Source of the DNA: a virus
Virus record (IMG/VR): IMGVR_UViG_3300045988_135095
Length of the DNA stretch: 64,000 nucleotides
Strand: one strand, 5' to 3'
How positions within the stretch are numbered: the first letter of the stretch is position 1; every line of letters starts with the position of its first letter. The notes under the pieces were generated by a model. It was given only the letters and a program-made list of their open reading frames with translations. It did not search any database and was not told where the DNA came from. Shown here in pieces: positions 1 through 10,800 of this stretch. A program made the translations under genes and the position numbers.

Positions 1-219
1 TGCATCCTTGCCTATCTTGCAGGCTACCCGATAAGCACGTAGCTTTTCTTCGCCCGATAGCTGCATATCTTGGCGGTCTATCACTTCGAAGAGTACCTTG
101 CCTACAATATCACCAATAATCTGAGGCTTGTAGGTTTCCTCTCCATTCTCATTCTTAACTGGTGATACTATCACCTCACCCTTCCAATTTTTGAAGGGAA
201 CATTGAAATTCTTTTTCAT
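1..219 (-). CDS. hypothetical protein, first 73 codons only (runs off window start)
   Basis: Manual translation: ATG at 219, MKKNFNVPFKNWKGEVIVSP..., open to base 1. Co-oriented with the tail genes. Confidence 0.35.
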   Translation of the reverse strand, partial: MKKNFNVPFKNWKGEVIVSPVKNENGEETYKPQIIGDIVGKVLFEVIDRQDMQLSGEEKLRAYRVACKIGKDA

Positions 220-246
220 ATTTCTTACCTTTTAATAATTATATTG

Positions 247-2970
247 CTATTTCCCTATAAACCAATTTACGTTCCAATTACTACCATCATATATTAATTC
301 TGTTGTCTGGTTTAATGCACCCGAAGTGAAGCTATTTTTACCAACTCCGTACCAAAACATATTATTAAGTGATGATTTAATAACAAAGTTGTCACCAGTT
401 TGTAAAAACTTATAATATTGACCTCTCTGAGGTTTCGCTGGAAGTGTAATAGTTACGCCTTTTGTTACTATAACGAAACAATCCATATCCGTTAACTCCA
501 TACTTCTATTTATTGTCCTGGTCATCGGTCTAAATCCGGCATACATGCCATGTTCTGCATATATCGCAAAGTTTCCATATACTTTACTCTGAAAGACTCC
601 GTTATACTTGTTATCTTCGTACTGATACTTATCATTGCACCCTGTTACAGAAATACGTATACCTGACTTCAGAGTATCATCATCTGCGGAAAAGCTATCA
701 TCTATTAAAAGGTTACTCAATAATGCTGGTAATTGGTAAGTAGTTCGATACTCTCCAAGCCAAACCGTCCTTTTTCTTTCCGATTTCCATGTATGCGTAT
801 TTGGATTTAAAGTTCTGCTATATTCACGAAACAACATATAGTTATTGTATAAGGCGAAACCAGGCTCTTCATCATCGTATCCAGATATATATCTGAGACT
901 CGTTTTATCCAACAAGAAACAGCCAAGTGTAGCGCTTGTAGATACCATGTGCCCTTCATTGGTAACATAGAATGGAGATTTAGCTGCCGTATCAGCACCA
1001 ACAAACAACGGAGCATTGGCATTATTCACTTTGCACGCGTCAATCTCGTAGTTGCCGAAATATCCCACCTTGGTAATTCCATCCTCAGACTTCGCCCAAA
1101 GGTGCTTAACCTCAATTTTATCAGCATCAATCAGGCTAGCATTAAGCTTGCCTCCAATGAACATGGCGGCAGTTTGCCCGTTATTATCAACACGGATTCT
1201 ATCTCCATACAGCAGCACCTCATCGCTCTTTACCTCGATTCCTGCCTTTTTCAGACTCGCCTTATCAACAAGGTCACTCTTACGCTCGGTGTATTCAGTA
1301 ACGACTGCACCCACTTCGATTTTCGGCTTTGTGATGGTCACATTCCAGCTCGTTACGTCAGTCTGCTTGGCATTTTTCGGGAACTGGAAGTAGAGTTCTT
1401 CAGGAAGTCTATCCTTGAATCGGAAATGCCCCCATACCCTCTGCTGCTTAGACAGCTCTTTGACTTCAACCAAAGCAACATAACCAACTGTCTTTCCGTC
1501 ACCATCCGCTTCAGTCATCATACCATTCTGCTGTTCTGTGTAGCAAGTGAACTTGGTGTTTGTTACAGGATAAACGACATACACGCCCATACATTTCGCA
1601 TCGCCTCTTACCTCGAAACTGATAGTATAATCTGTGTAGAGCTTGAAGGCGCTGCCTTTTATCCGATAGAATGTATTGTAATCATCGCTACCGCTCGCTG
1701 TCAGTTCATAAGCATCACCCACAAGAGTCTTCTGACCCTTCGCAGCATAAACATTACCACCTACATCAAGCGTCCTTGAATTATCAATCAAGTTAGCACC
1801 GACATAATCATAGTCTTTATCTGATAATGTCCAACCGTTGTAAGTATTACCTTCTTCAACCATTGGTCTGCAAATATAGGCTACAATCCTTCCAACTTTA
1901 TTATTGCAGTATTCCCAAAAATTGAATGCAATATAATCAGATTTTGCATCTTTTGTATCAATTACGGTAGTACATAACTGCCATTCGTTGACCTTTTTCG
2001 GTTTAAAATTCATAGGGGTAATGTTGGTGGCTCTGACTAAACGCTTTGCATTTGTCTGCTTGTCTGTATAGATTGCTTCAAGATATAAATTAGCGTTGAT
2101 GTCATTTGACTTATAATAGCAGGATATTATGTATTTTTTCCCCTTTTCAATCCTGATGCTTCTTCCACCTTGTGAACCATCCCAATATACACCAATGTAG
2201 TGTGAAGTACCATCCGTATCATCAATGACTTTGATGCAGTTAGTTCCGTTATATCCACTGGTCATTTCAATCCTTGCGGTATTAGATATGATGAAGTCAT
2301 TGATTTTTCTTTTGAAATCACTGCCCGCAAGCAGATTGCGCCTTGCTATTGACTTTTCGCTTACAGACAGGGAGATTTCTCTTGCTGTTTGTTCGATTTC
2401 AGACTTTGCCTGAGTCAGTTCGTCTTTTGTTGCAGCACCATCAAGCCTGTTTGATACCTCTTTAAACTTCGACTTGTAGCTTTTGTTGTCGAATGCTACA
2501 ATGCCAGTAAATTTTGCCACATTAATCGAAAAAGGAACCTGTGCAAAATAGGTAACCCCGTCATAAGCAGCCTGCGCAACCGCATATCCTGACGTCGCGG
2601 AAACCACATGATTCACGCCATCAACAACCACGTCATCCTTTGCGATGATATTGCCTGATACAGATACCGTGATATATCCGTCCTCCTGCGTTACATAACA
2701 TTTGCAATTTACGCACATATCATCTCTCGACGAAACGCCAATGCATTGATTTGAGACATTCTGGTTTCCCTTCATTACCTTTACTTTCGCTGTCTTTGAT
2801 GTACCAGGAGATACAATTCCGTTATCGTCTGTATCAAAGACAAGCGGAGCGTCTTCAACAATAATAGAAACGGCATCCTTGCCAGGCTTGCCAGGCTTGC
2901 CTTGCGGGCCTGGCGCACCATCCCTTATCGCCGCTATCGTTATCTGACCCCTCGCCAATAATGTTGCCAT
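247..2970 (-). CDS. tail fibre / receptor-binding protein with collagen-like G-X-Y stretch
   Basis: 907 aa with GAPGPQGKPGKPGK near the N-terminus. It is the last large gene of the tail module. Its N-terminus MATLLARGQITI is shared with the product of 3016..4059. Confidence 0.6.
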   Translation of the reverse strand: MATLLARGQITIAAIRDGAPGPQGKPGKPGKDAVSIIVEDAPLVFDTDDNGIVSPGTSKTAKVKVMKGNQNVSNQCIGVSSRDDMCVNCKCYVTQEDGYITVSVSGNIIAKDDVVVDGVNHVVSATSGYAVAQAAYDGVTYFAQVPFSINVAKFTGIVAFDNKSYKSKFKEVSNRLDGAATKDELTQAKSEIEQTAREISLSVSEKSIARRNLLAGSDFKRKINDFIISNTARIEMTSGYNGTNCIKVIDDTDGTSHYIGVYWDGSQGGRSIRIEKGKKYIISCYYKSNDINANLYLEAIYTDKQTNAKRLVRATNITPMNFKPKKVNEWQLCTTVIDTKDAKSDYIAFNFWEYCNNKVGRIVAYICRPMVEEGNTYNGWTLSDKDYDYVGANLIDNSRTLDVGGNVYAAKGQKTLVGDAYELTASGSDDYNTFYRIKGSAFKLYTDYTISFEVRGDAKCMGVYVVYPVTNTKFTCYTEQQNGMMTEADGDGKTVGYVALVEVKELSKQQRVWGHFRFKDRLPEELYFQFPKNAKQTDVTSWNVTITKPKIEVGAVVTEYTERKSDLVDKASLKKAGIEVKSDEVLLYGDRIRVDNNGQTAAMFIGGKLNASLIDADKIEVKHLWAKSEDGITKVGYFGNYEIDACKVNNANAPLFVGADTAAKSPFYVTNEGHMVSTSATLGCFLLDKTSLRYISGYDDEEPGFALYNNYMLFREYSRTLNPNTHTWKSERKRTVWLGEYRTTYQLPALLSNLLIDDSFSADDDTLKSGIRISVTGCNDKYQYEDNKYNGVFQSKVYGNFAIYAEHGMYAGFRPMTRTINRSMELTDMDCFVIVTKGVTITLPAKPQRGQYYKFLQTGDNFVIKSSLNNMFWYGVGKNSFTSGALNQTTELIYDGSNWNVNWFIGK

Positions 2971-2991
2971 ACACTTTCATCTTTTTAATTA

Positions 2992-3018
2992 ATAAAAAAT
3001 AAGGGTGAGGTGCCCTTA
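2992..3018 (-). terminator. intrinsic terminator-like hairpin after the 3016..4059 gene
   Basis: Minus strand reads TAAGGG-cacctca-CCCTTA followed by TTTTTTATT. The stem includes the stop codon. Confidence 0.45.
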
Positions 3019-4059
3019 TTTTGACACCTCACAAGTAAATGTACCTCTGCCGCTCACGTCAGTAGCAGCCACCGTGACGTAAGGCTTGGTCGAAGCGTTT
3101 ACCGCACTTGACGTACCGTTCCAGTTGGTAGCCACACCGCTGGCATTGTACTTCGTCCATTTGTAGATGTAGTTCGAGGCATGGGTGCTGTCTGCCTTCA
3201 CCGCTGCACCATCCTCCACTACCTTGCCGTCCTTCCACACACGAGCGAAAAGCTCGGTCGACTGGGCACCGTTCACGATCTTGTCGCCCGTCAGCGAGTA
3301 CACCTCCACTACATACGGGTCGCTCGCATCGAAGAACGTGATGATGGCACTTGCAATATCAGTACCGTCCTTCACCGTACAGCGGAACGTCTGAAAGTTA
3401 AGCACGTCATTGGCACGCACATTCAGAGTGCTCACGCCGCCCGAAGTGCTCACGTTGCCCGATGCCACAGCGCTCCAGGTTCCTGCACTGATATTCAGCA
3501 CCTCCCAAGTCATAGAAGTCAGAGAAGTGTCCTGCACGTTGCCACGGAAGAACTTCGCCACGGCACGCAGCGTCTTGCTGTTGTTGGTCGAGTCGAACGT
3601 GTTGCCGTCGGGAGTTTCTATCTGCACCGTCTGTAGCGCACCGCCGCTCTTCGCCAGCGAAATGGTCTTGTAGCCGATACACGTAGTCGTAGCCTTTGTC
3701 TCCGGGTCTGTGTATTTGCACGACCACTCGATGTTCTTCACGCTGCCGTTCTTGGCGATGTTGCTTGTGAGGTTAAGCTGATACGGCTTACCGCTCGCTG
3801 GGGTAGCAGCCGCACCATCCACCTTCCACGACCATCCCGTACAAGCCGAGGTCGGAGCCTGGTCTGAAGCATTGCCAGTCACGTAGACATGAGCTGCGAT
3901 GACGTTAGGCGCACTTGCCGAATAGTTCGGAGTGTATACACCCGTGTCGGGAGTGTAAATCTGAGTCTCGCCCTTAGAGCACTGAGTGAAACACTGCACG
4001 GCCTTACCGTCATTGAGGTCAACGATAGTAATCTGACCATTAGCTAATACTTTTGCCAT
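3016..4059 (-). CDS. tail fibre-associated protein with three Ig-like repeats
   Basis: 347 aa. Repeat ends IEWSCKYTD, TFRCTVKDG and TFTCEVSK recur. N-terminus MAKVLANGQITI. GC-rich relative to its neighbours by eye. Confidence 0.5.
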   Translation of the reverse strand: MAKVLANGQITIVDLNDGKAVQCFTQCSKGETQIYTPDTGVYTPNYSASAPNVIAAHVYVTGNASDQAPTSACTGWSWKVDGAAATPASGKPYQLNLTSNIAKNGSVKNIEWSCKYTDPETKATTTCIGYKTISLAKSGGALQTVQIETPDGNTFDSTNNSKTLRAVAKFFRGNVQDTSLTSMTWEVLNISAGTWSAVASGNVSTSGGVSTLNVRANDVLNFQTFRCTVKDGTDIASAIITFFDASDPYVVEVYSLTGDKIVNGAQSTELFARVWKDGKVVEDGAAVKADSTHASNYIYKWTKYNASGVATNWNGTSSAVNASTKPYVTVAATDVSGRGTFTCEVSK

Positions 4060-4083
4060 AATCGTTTGTTTGTTTAAATATTA

Positions 4084-7000
4084 TTATATGTTACTATTAA
4101 TAGTCTTTGAGTCTGATATGTACACACGACACCCGAATTGAGCCTGCCTGCTCACATCGTCACGTGTGATAAGACACGAGCGCCCCACGCCCTCATGTAG
4201 CCTATTCCACACAGCATCGTCTTCAGCGTCAGCCGACTGTCGCCACCACGACCATGAGCCGTTGCTCACGGTGTCGCTTATGTCCTCGCCATTGCGCAGC
4301 AGCGTTGCCTTGAGCGTCATTTCGCCCGAGCCGTTTATCATCACCGTGCCCGTATCGCTCGTTATCATTATCTGATAAGCCACGCCGTCCTCGCCCTTGT
4401 CTCCCTTCTCGCCTTTGCTTCCAGATAGAACTTTTTTCCATTGTGTCGAGCCGTCAGAAGGCTCACCTGTTACGTCCTCCTCTGAATTGGCAACACACAC
4501 CCAAACGGCATTGTTGTGATTTACTTGGTCGTTCTTATGATAGGTATTTCCTTCTACCCAGTCACCTCTATAATTGATGATATTAATAGTACTGCCGTCA
4601 TCCGAAATCAATTCAAAGTGTGAGGAATTGATTTTCGTTCCACCCTTCGGTGAAGTCTCGAATACCGACAGAGATACTTCTTTGTTCTCGCCATTTACGC
4701 TTTTTGTGATAGTATGCTTGTACTCAGAGATATTAGCATAGCAAACGATACGAGGAGCATAGTCGCCAGTTGTCTCAAGGATAATCACGTTCTGCCTGTC
4801 CGTCTTGTCGTACTCAAGATTGCTATTACGATGTCTGTTGCCGTCCAGCACGATTGTGTCGCCCTCAGCAGGGTCTCCCTTTATCTCAACAGGCGCATTC
4901 TTCTCTGTATATCCGTCTAAGCCTTCGGAATGCTTGCCAACGACAATCCAAGCAAACGCCTGACCATCGTACAATTCAACCTGTACTTCTCTCGTCTGCT
5001 CCTTACCAGCTTCGTCAAGATAAGTCTCCGTTTTAGTGCCGTATATCTTCTCATTTTGCGTAGATACGCCACCATCATGAATAGTACGCCAGTAACTCTT
5101 ATTACTTGTATCACTATATGCTCCACCAGCCACAATCTCGCCAATAGTCTGACAGCGCACTTGGTCGCCCTCCTGCCAGTAGTTCATCGTGGCAGTAGTT
5201 CCGTTGTCAGCTAAGAGATAGCATTTCCAGCCAGCGCATTCTGCATCATCCGCAGTTGTTTCTACCCAAGATATCACACCGTCAGCAGATACCGATTCCT
5301 TGACAGGCACAACTTTGATAAGCTTGCTACCAGCTCCAGATAAATAGATGTTGCCTCCCGAATAAGACAGCTTGCGTACATCTAATTCGTGGAATATCGC
5401 CTTGCCCCAGATGGTTAGGTTGTTCAAGAATGCATGATACTTGCCGTTCTTCTCCTTCTCAACAGAAAAGCCTTGTTCAGCCGCGTTGTCGTAATCGAAA
5501 GACTTGATGGTATTAAACACCGCATCGCCCAACTCCGTAATCATAGCATTGTTGCCAAACTTCGCTCCCATCATCAAATCAGCAAGACCTTTGGCAATAA
5601 GACCTTTCGCAAATGTGATTAATCCCTGCGCAGTGTCGTTGTGTAGCTTTGACAAGAAACTAAGGATAGTCTTTCTTGCTGATAGAACATTACTGTCTGT
5701 AGGAGGTGTTGAGTCGTTCGTGCCTATTACATAGACGCCACCACCACCATTGCCACCACTTATCTGAATGCCGTTTACCGTGATAGAGTCAACCTTATCT
5801 TCCAACTTACCCAACCGGCTAGTAGCTGCCTTCTCGCCAACCGTGTACTGAGGGTGGTCGTAAGGGATATCCAAAGGTATCTCCATTCCGATGATACGAG
5901 AGTTTCGGTAGTGCTTGCCATCCGCGTCCACCTGCGCAAACATATCATTAATCAGCTTTACCTGCTCACCGAGAGGATGGTAATCGTATGTTCCATCATT
6001 GTAGAACTTATCGCCATCCATCGTGCAGGTGAAGTTTGAGTTGCTGATCATGGTTTTCTGATAGTACTGCTTCGCTCTATCGAACAGAGATAACTGAGCA
6101 GTAGGGATGAGGTCCGTATCTGTAATTTTGGTTGCGTCCCAGTTGAACAGAAAGTACTTATCACCAACCTTTGGGCACATAACGCCATCGGGAAGAGTTC
6201 TTCCGTAGGTATCGTTTGCCACAATCTCAAAGTAGTTAACCTTGTCGATAACCTTGAAGCTGACATCGAACTCCATACCCATGAGAGCACCGCTAGTGAA
6301 CTTGATGCCTAAGGTGAGGTTACTCTTTATCCAACTCTCCTTGAAGTTATTAGTGAAAGAGTCTGTAGAAGTGACCTGCCAAAATGTCTGTGTAGTCTTC
6401 GTTCCGTCTTCGTTATCAACGGTGCTATCATAGGTCTTGATACTGCTGACTACACTTTCCACCTTTGGATATTCCTCCTCAAACATCACGACACCTTCGA
6501 TAGCCTGCTTGTCGTTCTTCACGACATTCACATTCTCCAGGTAACCATTCTTGGCATAGAACCCATCACTATCTACTTCCTTGTTAGGGAGCATGAGGTA
6601 ATCAGTAGCAACACCATCGGTGGTGACGTCCGCATCGGCACCAGTGAAATATCCTTTCGGAATATTCCTATCTGAGCCGAATGCGTACAGTCTCGTAATA
6701 TAAGTTGACTTAGATTCCGAATAGGACATAGACAGAACATTAACATCCTGCTCGAATGTTGTCTGTCCTTCCATTTCGCAATATCCAAGGTATATAATGG
6801 AGCCATCTATCCACCACTCGCAGTTGAGTGCGTCTTCGGAACAGATGGCGTTGAGAGCATCAAGAATACTGATGGAGCCGTACTCGATCAAGAATCTCTT
6901 CTGAACATCGAAAGCCTTGTTGTTGTAAGTAGTGTAGTCAACAGAGAACTCCTTGCCATTGTACGTAAGACCTAGCGCCTTTAGGTTGCCGAGTATAACG

Positions 7001-7350
7001 TTCATGTGTACGCCTACCGTAGTGGTGAGCTTGAATGAAGTTTCGTTTACTCCGTGCTGAGGGCGATACTTGCAAAGCTTATTCTTCCAAGACATATAGT
7101 AGGCATCCATCTGCATTTCGTAGTCGTAGCCATCACTATCATTGTGCTTAGGGAAGTATGATGATGTAAGCTCAAAGTAGCCGAAGTCGGGAATCTCTAC
7201 GGAGTCCCCAATCTCGAAATAGATAGGAGTAGCCGTAGTGAACTTCAATATGACGTAATGATGGTCCATAAGCTGATATGACAGCTTAGAACCCTCGCCG
7301 AAGTCCTCTAATGTGAAGAATACCTTGTTATTTCTCTTAATCTGAATCAT
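4084..7350 (-). CDS. tail tip / baseplate hub protein (Tal-like)
   Basis: 1088 aa. The start overlaps the stop of the Dit-like gene. It lies downstream of the tape measure. The C-terminus has GEKGDKGEDG plus an Ig-like repeat ending QFGCRVYISD. Confidence 0.55.
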   Translation of the reverse strand: MIQIKRNNKVFFTLEDFGEGSKLSYQLMDHHYVILKFTTATPIYFEIGDSVEIPDFGYFELTSSYFPKHNDSDGYDYEMQMDAYYMSWKNKLCKYRPQHGVNETSFKLTTTVGVHMNVILGNLKALGLTYNGKEFSVDYTTYNNKAFDVQKRFLIEYGSISILDALNAICSEDALNCEWWIDGSIIYLGYCEMEGQTTFEQDVNVLSMSYSESKSTYITRLYAFGSDRNIPKGYFTGADADVTTDGVATDYLMLPNKEVDSDGFYAKNGYLENVNVVKNDKQAIEGVVMFEEEYPKVESVVSSIKTYDSTVDNEDGTKTTQTFWQVTSTDSFTNNFKESWIKSNLTLGIKFTSGALMGMEFDVSFKVIDKVNYFEIVANDTYGRTLPDGVMCPKVGDKYFLFNWDATKITDTDLIPTAQLSLFDRAKQYYQKTMISNSNFTCTMDGDKFYNDGTYDYHPLGEQVKLINDMFAQVDADGKHYRNSRIIGMEIPLDIPYDHPQYTVGEKAATSRLGKLEDKVDSITVNGIQISGGNGGGGVYVIGTNDSTPPTDSNVLSARKTILSFLSKLHNDTAQGLITFAKGLIAKGLADLMMGAKFGNNAMITELGDAVFNTIKSFDYDNAAEQGFSVEKEKNGKYHAFLNNLTIWGKAIFHELDVRKLSYSGGNIYLSGAGSKLIKVVPVKESVSADGVISWVETTADDAECAGWKCYLLADNGTTATMNYWQEGDQVRCQTIGEIVAGGAYSDTSNKSYWRTIHDGGVSTQNEKIYGTKTETYLDEAGKEQTREVQVELYDGQAFAWIVVGKHSEGLDGYTEKNAPVEIKGDPAEGDTIVLDGNRHRNSNLEYDKTDRQNVIILETTGDYAPRIVCYANISEYKHTITKSVNGENKEVSLSVFETSPKGGTKINSSHFELISDDGSTINIINYRGDWVEGNTYHKNDQVNHNNAVWVCVANSEEDVTGEPSDGSTQWKKVLSGSKGEKGDKGEDGVAYQIMITSDTGTVMINGSGEMTLKATLLRNGEDISDTVSNGSWSWWRQSADAEDDAVWNRLHEGVGRSCLITRDDVSRQAQFGCRVYISDSKTINSNI

Positions 7351-7790
7351 TAGCTTGTATATTTACTTGTTTCACTTCTGTCACTAGGGTCTGGCTCGTT
7401 GAGCTTTAGGCTGAACTTTGCCATTTCCCGAATGCACTGACTAAACTGAGTGCAGGAAAGATAGATGCACCGATACCACACATTAGGCTGGAATCGGGTG
7501 CGGATAACCAACTCTCCCTTGGCAAGAACCTCCTCGCAGAACCTAGCATAGTTCGTCAAGAACGTATCTGAGTCCTTGGCGGTCATATTGAATGGCAGCG
7601 TTATCTCCCTCTCGTCCAACCTTGGATTGTGCTTGATAACCGACTTTCCGTCCTTTGAGCGATACTTATTGCTGATGAACTCCTTGTTCGGTGCAGGAGT
7701 CATGAGCGCACTGAGGGCGGTTTCGTCTAGGAAAATACCCCATGTAAGGTAGGCATCCATGCCATTGATATAAAGTTGTCCCTTTAGCAT
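7350..7790 (-). CDS. distal tail protein (Dit)-like, positional call
   Basis: 146 aa gene immediately after the tape measure and before the Tal-like gene. Confidence 0.4.
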   Translation of the reverse strand: MLKGQLYINGMDAYLTWGIFLDETALSALMTPAPNKEFISNKYRSKDGKSVIKHNPRLDEREITLPFNMTAKDSDTFLTNYARFCEEVLAKGELVIRTRFQPNVWYRCIYLSCTQFSQCIREMAKFSLKLNEPDPSDRSETSKYTS

Positions 7791-7793
7791 AGC

Positions 7794-7810
7794 TATTTAA
7801 TCATTAAATA
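7794..7810. promoter_or_regulatory. 17-bp palindrome TATTTAAT-C-ATTAAATA (copy 1 of 3)
   Basis: Perfect palindrome 4 nt upstream of the ATG at 7790. Related copies lie at 18305..18321 and 47297..47313. Confidence 0.35.
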
Positions 7811-7891
7811 ACCTCATAGGCTTCGCTGTGAGCCGCTTTTACCATTGTTGAGTATAGTTGTAAGGGCTGACTAGCGAAAAGCCTGTAGAGG

Positions 7892-10800
7892 CTAAATATC
7901 CTTTAATCTTCTGTTCATATCATCCAGCTTGGTTCCGAAGTCATTATAGGTGAGCTTTGAATACTTCACGATGTCTTCGAGGTAGCTGTTTGTCATAATC
8001 ATCATGTTTCTAATCTCCAATACCGCGCCATTGGTTGAAATTCCGAGTGTAACGATGCTCTCCATCTGTGATATGGTGGTAGTCATGTTCTGAGCGATGG
8101 ACTCTCCTGCAATCTGCAGGGCGGTGAAGCGACCATTCAGCTCGTCTGCGGTATCTTGCCCCATAGATGCCCATCCTCCGCTTGTTGCTGTCTGTGATGA
8201 GGATGATGAACCGGTGTAGCCAGTTACCTTTGCCCACTCGTCACGTCTCTTCAAGCCTTCCTGGACTATATCATCGTAACGCTTGTAGAATGCATCTACA
8301 TCTTCTTTGGTTAGCTTTCCGTTTTTATCCTTCATAGCCTTTGCCCAATCATCGTAGAGTTTCTTCAAGTCTCCATTGATAAGGTCTTCCATACTGAAAG
8401 AGAGAAGGGACTTCTGCATCTTTTCTGCGAAATCATCTGCCATTTCGCTAGCAAAGTCGCTACCATCCTTCTTCATGTCCATGAGGTCCGTCAAAAAGCT
8501 ATCTCTCATTCCACTGAAGGAAATCTGAGTAAGGTTCTCCTTGAACTGCTCTGACAACTCTTCCAGCTTGCCCGCTTGGTCTATGTAGTCATTCAACTTC
8601 TCTGTCAGACGTCCACCATAGTTACCCTTTCCAGTGTTCTCGATATGCTCCCAGATGGCAACGTTGCCACGGAGGAGCTTCATTTCCTCTGGACTGAGGG
8701 AGAAGAGGTCGCCATTGAAGTCTGATTTGACGTTCTTCTTGATCCAATCAATCTCCTCACTACCGAAACCGCTCCAATAACGATTCCATGAGTGGTGCGA
8801 ACCGTGATAGCTTGCCTGTGCCTTGGCGATGTCGAGGTAGTTCTGATTAGTCTCCTGCTGATTCTTGTAGGCTTGCTCGTAGTATGAGGTTGCCTTGGAG
8901 CCAAAGGAGTTTTCCATTGCATCAGTCAAATCCTCGATGGATTGCTGCAAGAGGGTATTTCTGTCTGTCAGTCTTTCGATGGTGTCATTGACTTTCTTTG
9001 CATTTCCATCTCCACCGAACAGACTATTGAAACCACCGAATGAAAGCGTGTTGAGGATATGAGAAACATTGTTCCCGATGCTCTTCAATGGCTTCATAAC
9101 AATGTCACCCGACAAAGCATCATCAAGGATGCCCGTTACTGCGCCAAAGACCGTATCCATGAGGTTGCTTATGAGTGTTCCGAAGCCATCTTTCAGAATA
9201 TCAAGGATGCCGAGTATTGCGGAGATTATTTCTCCTGCCATACCGCTATCCCCTAAAGCTTTCGTCAGAGCCTTGGCTGCGTCGCTGTCTTTACCGAGTA
9301 ACCCTTGGATTCCCTTTGCAAGCGTGTTGGCAACGTCCTTCTGCATGTTACCTCCGAAAAGCTTGTCAAGTCCTAGAATGGAGTTTCCTATGCCTTTGAG
9401 TGACCCCGATGTGAGACCCTGCAAACCATTTTCAAGCTGCTGGAACTGAGAAACTGCCTTCTGTGCAGATGTCTGTAAGTCTGATGATGCCTTCTGAACT
9501 GATGAACCGAACTCCAAAACGTTGTTAGATGCGGTAGCAAGTACGCCCTGCGCTCTAGAGAGGTTGCTTTCAGCCTTGCTGATACTTGTCTTGTCACCGC
9601 TCTTCTTAGCCTTGGCGAGGTCTTCCTGCGCCTTGGTAACGGCTTTCGTGGCTTCAATCTCTCGCTCTTGTGCGTCAATATAGCCCTGCATGGCTGACTG
9701 ATAGGAGTTGATATCGTCAGAGACCTTCTTGAAAATGTCACTATCCCAGACGGTGGCAGAGCCTTGTAACTTGGAGATAAGTTCCTGTATGGTCTTCTGC
9801 TCATTAACATCTGTTGTGCTCTTGGAGAGTTCTTGCAGCTTCTCAATGGTAGGCTCCAGTTGGTCCTTGAACATAGCTCCGAAGTCTCCGAAGATGCTTC
9901 CCCAATCGATGTTCTGTCTGATGGCATTTATCTCGATGGTTTGGAGGTCCTTCTTTCTCTGCTGCTGAAGAGAGAGCTTTTCGCCTTTCGTCTGAGCCTT
10001 GGCAATCTTCTCTTCGTACTCCTCGGCAATGGCTTGCTTCTGCTGATAGAGAGAACCATACTCCTTCAAGTAGTCACGCATAGAGGTGAGGGCTTCCCTG
10101 TTGACCTCATCAAGCTTCTTGTTATACTCTTGGGTAGCGAGGTCTCTAGCCTTGGAGAGAGCATTGGACTGAGCAGAGGTAAGGGTTACTTTCTTGCCAG
10201 CTTCCTTGTTCTTCTTCTTGAACTCTGCTTCCTGCTTGTCAATCTCGGCATTGCGCTTAGCATAGTCGTTCTTGATTTGAGCAAGCTTCTTCTCCGTGCC
10301 TTCCTGCATCTGAGATATATCGGTGTCGATATTTTCCTGCTGCAGCTGCTTCAAATCCTCGTTCAGTTCCTCCTGGGCCTTCTTGCGGTCTTCTGCTAGT
10401 TTCTTGGCATCGGCGGCTGCTTTCTTGGCTTTGGAAGCGTTCTTCTTTGCGTTTGCTTCTGCCTCTTCCTTTTCGCGACGCTTCTGCTTAGCATCGTCTT
10501 CTGCCTTGGTCTGCTTGGTGTTGGCTGCATTGGTATAATCCCATCCTCGCTGGGCAATATCGTTGGTTGACATCCATTTGCCATTGACTAGCGCACCTGA
10601 CTTCTTGTTGTTTGCAAGGTCGCGTGCCAAAGCAGAGAAGTACTTACCTAAGCGTCCCAGTTCCGGAATATTCATATTCTGCATCCACGATGGTATCTTG
10701 GCATCGAAGTTGACGTGGAAGTTGATGTTGTTCTCGGAATAGTTCTGCATGAACTCCTTGACACGGTTGTAGAGAACGTGTACATCCTCACCGGCACCCT

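Noticed and set aside
949-1779. 276-aa plus-strand ORF antisense to the tail-fibre gene (plus 807..1022, 1052..1393, 2225..2413)
   Set aside because: It lies fully inside the 907-aa minus-strand ORF, has no promoter or SD sequence, and its composition is typical of an antisense frame.
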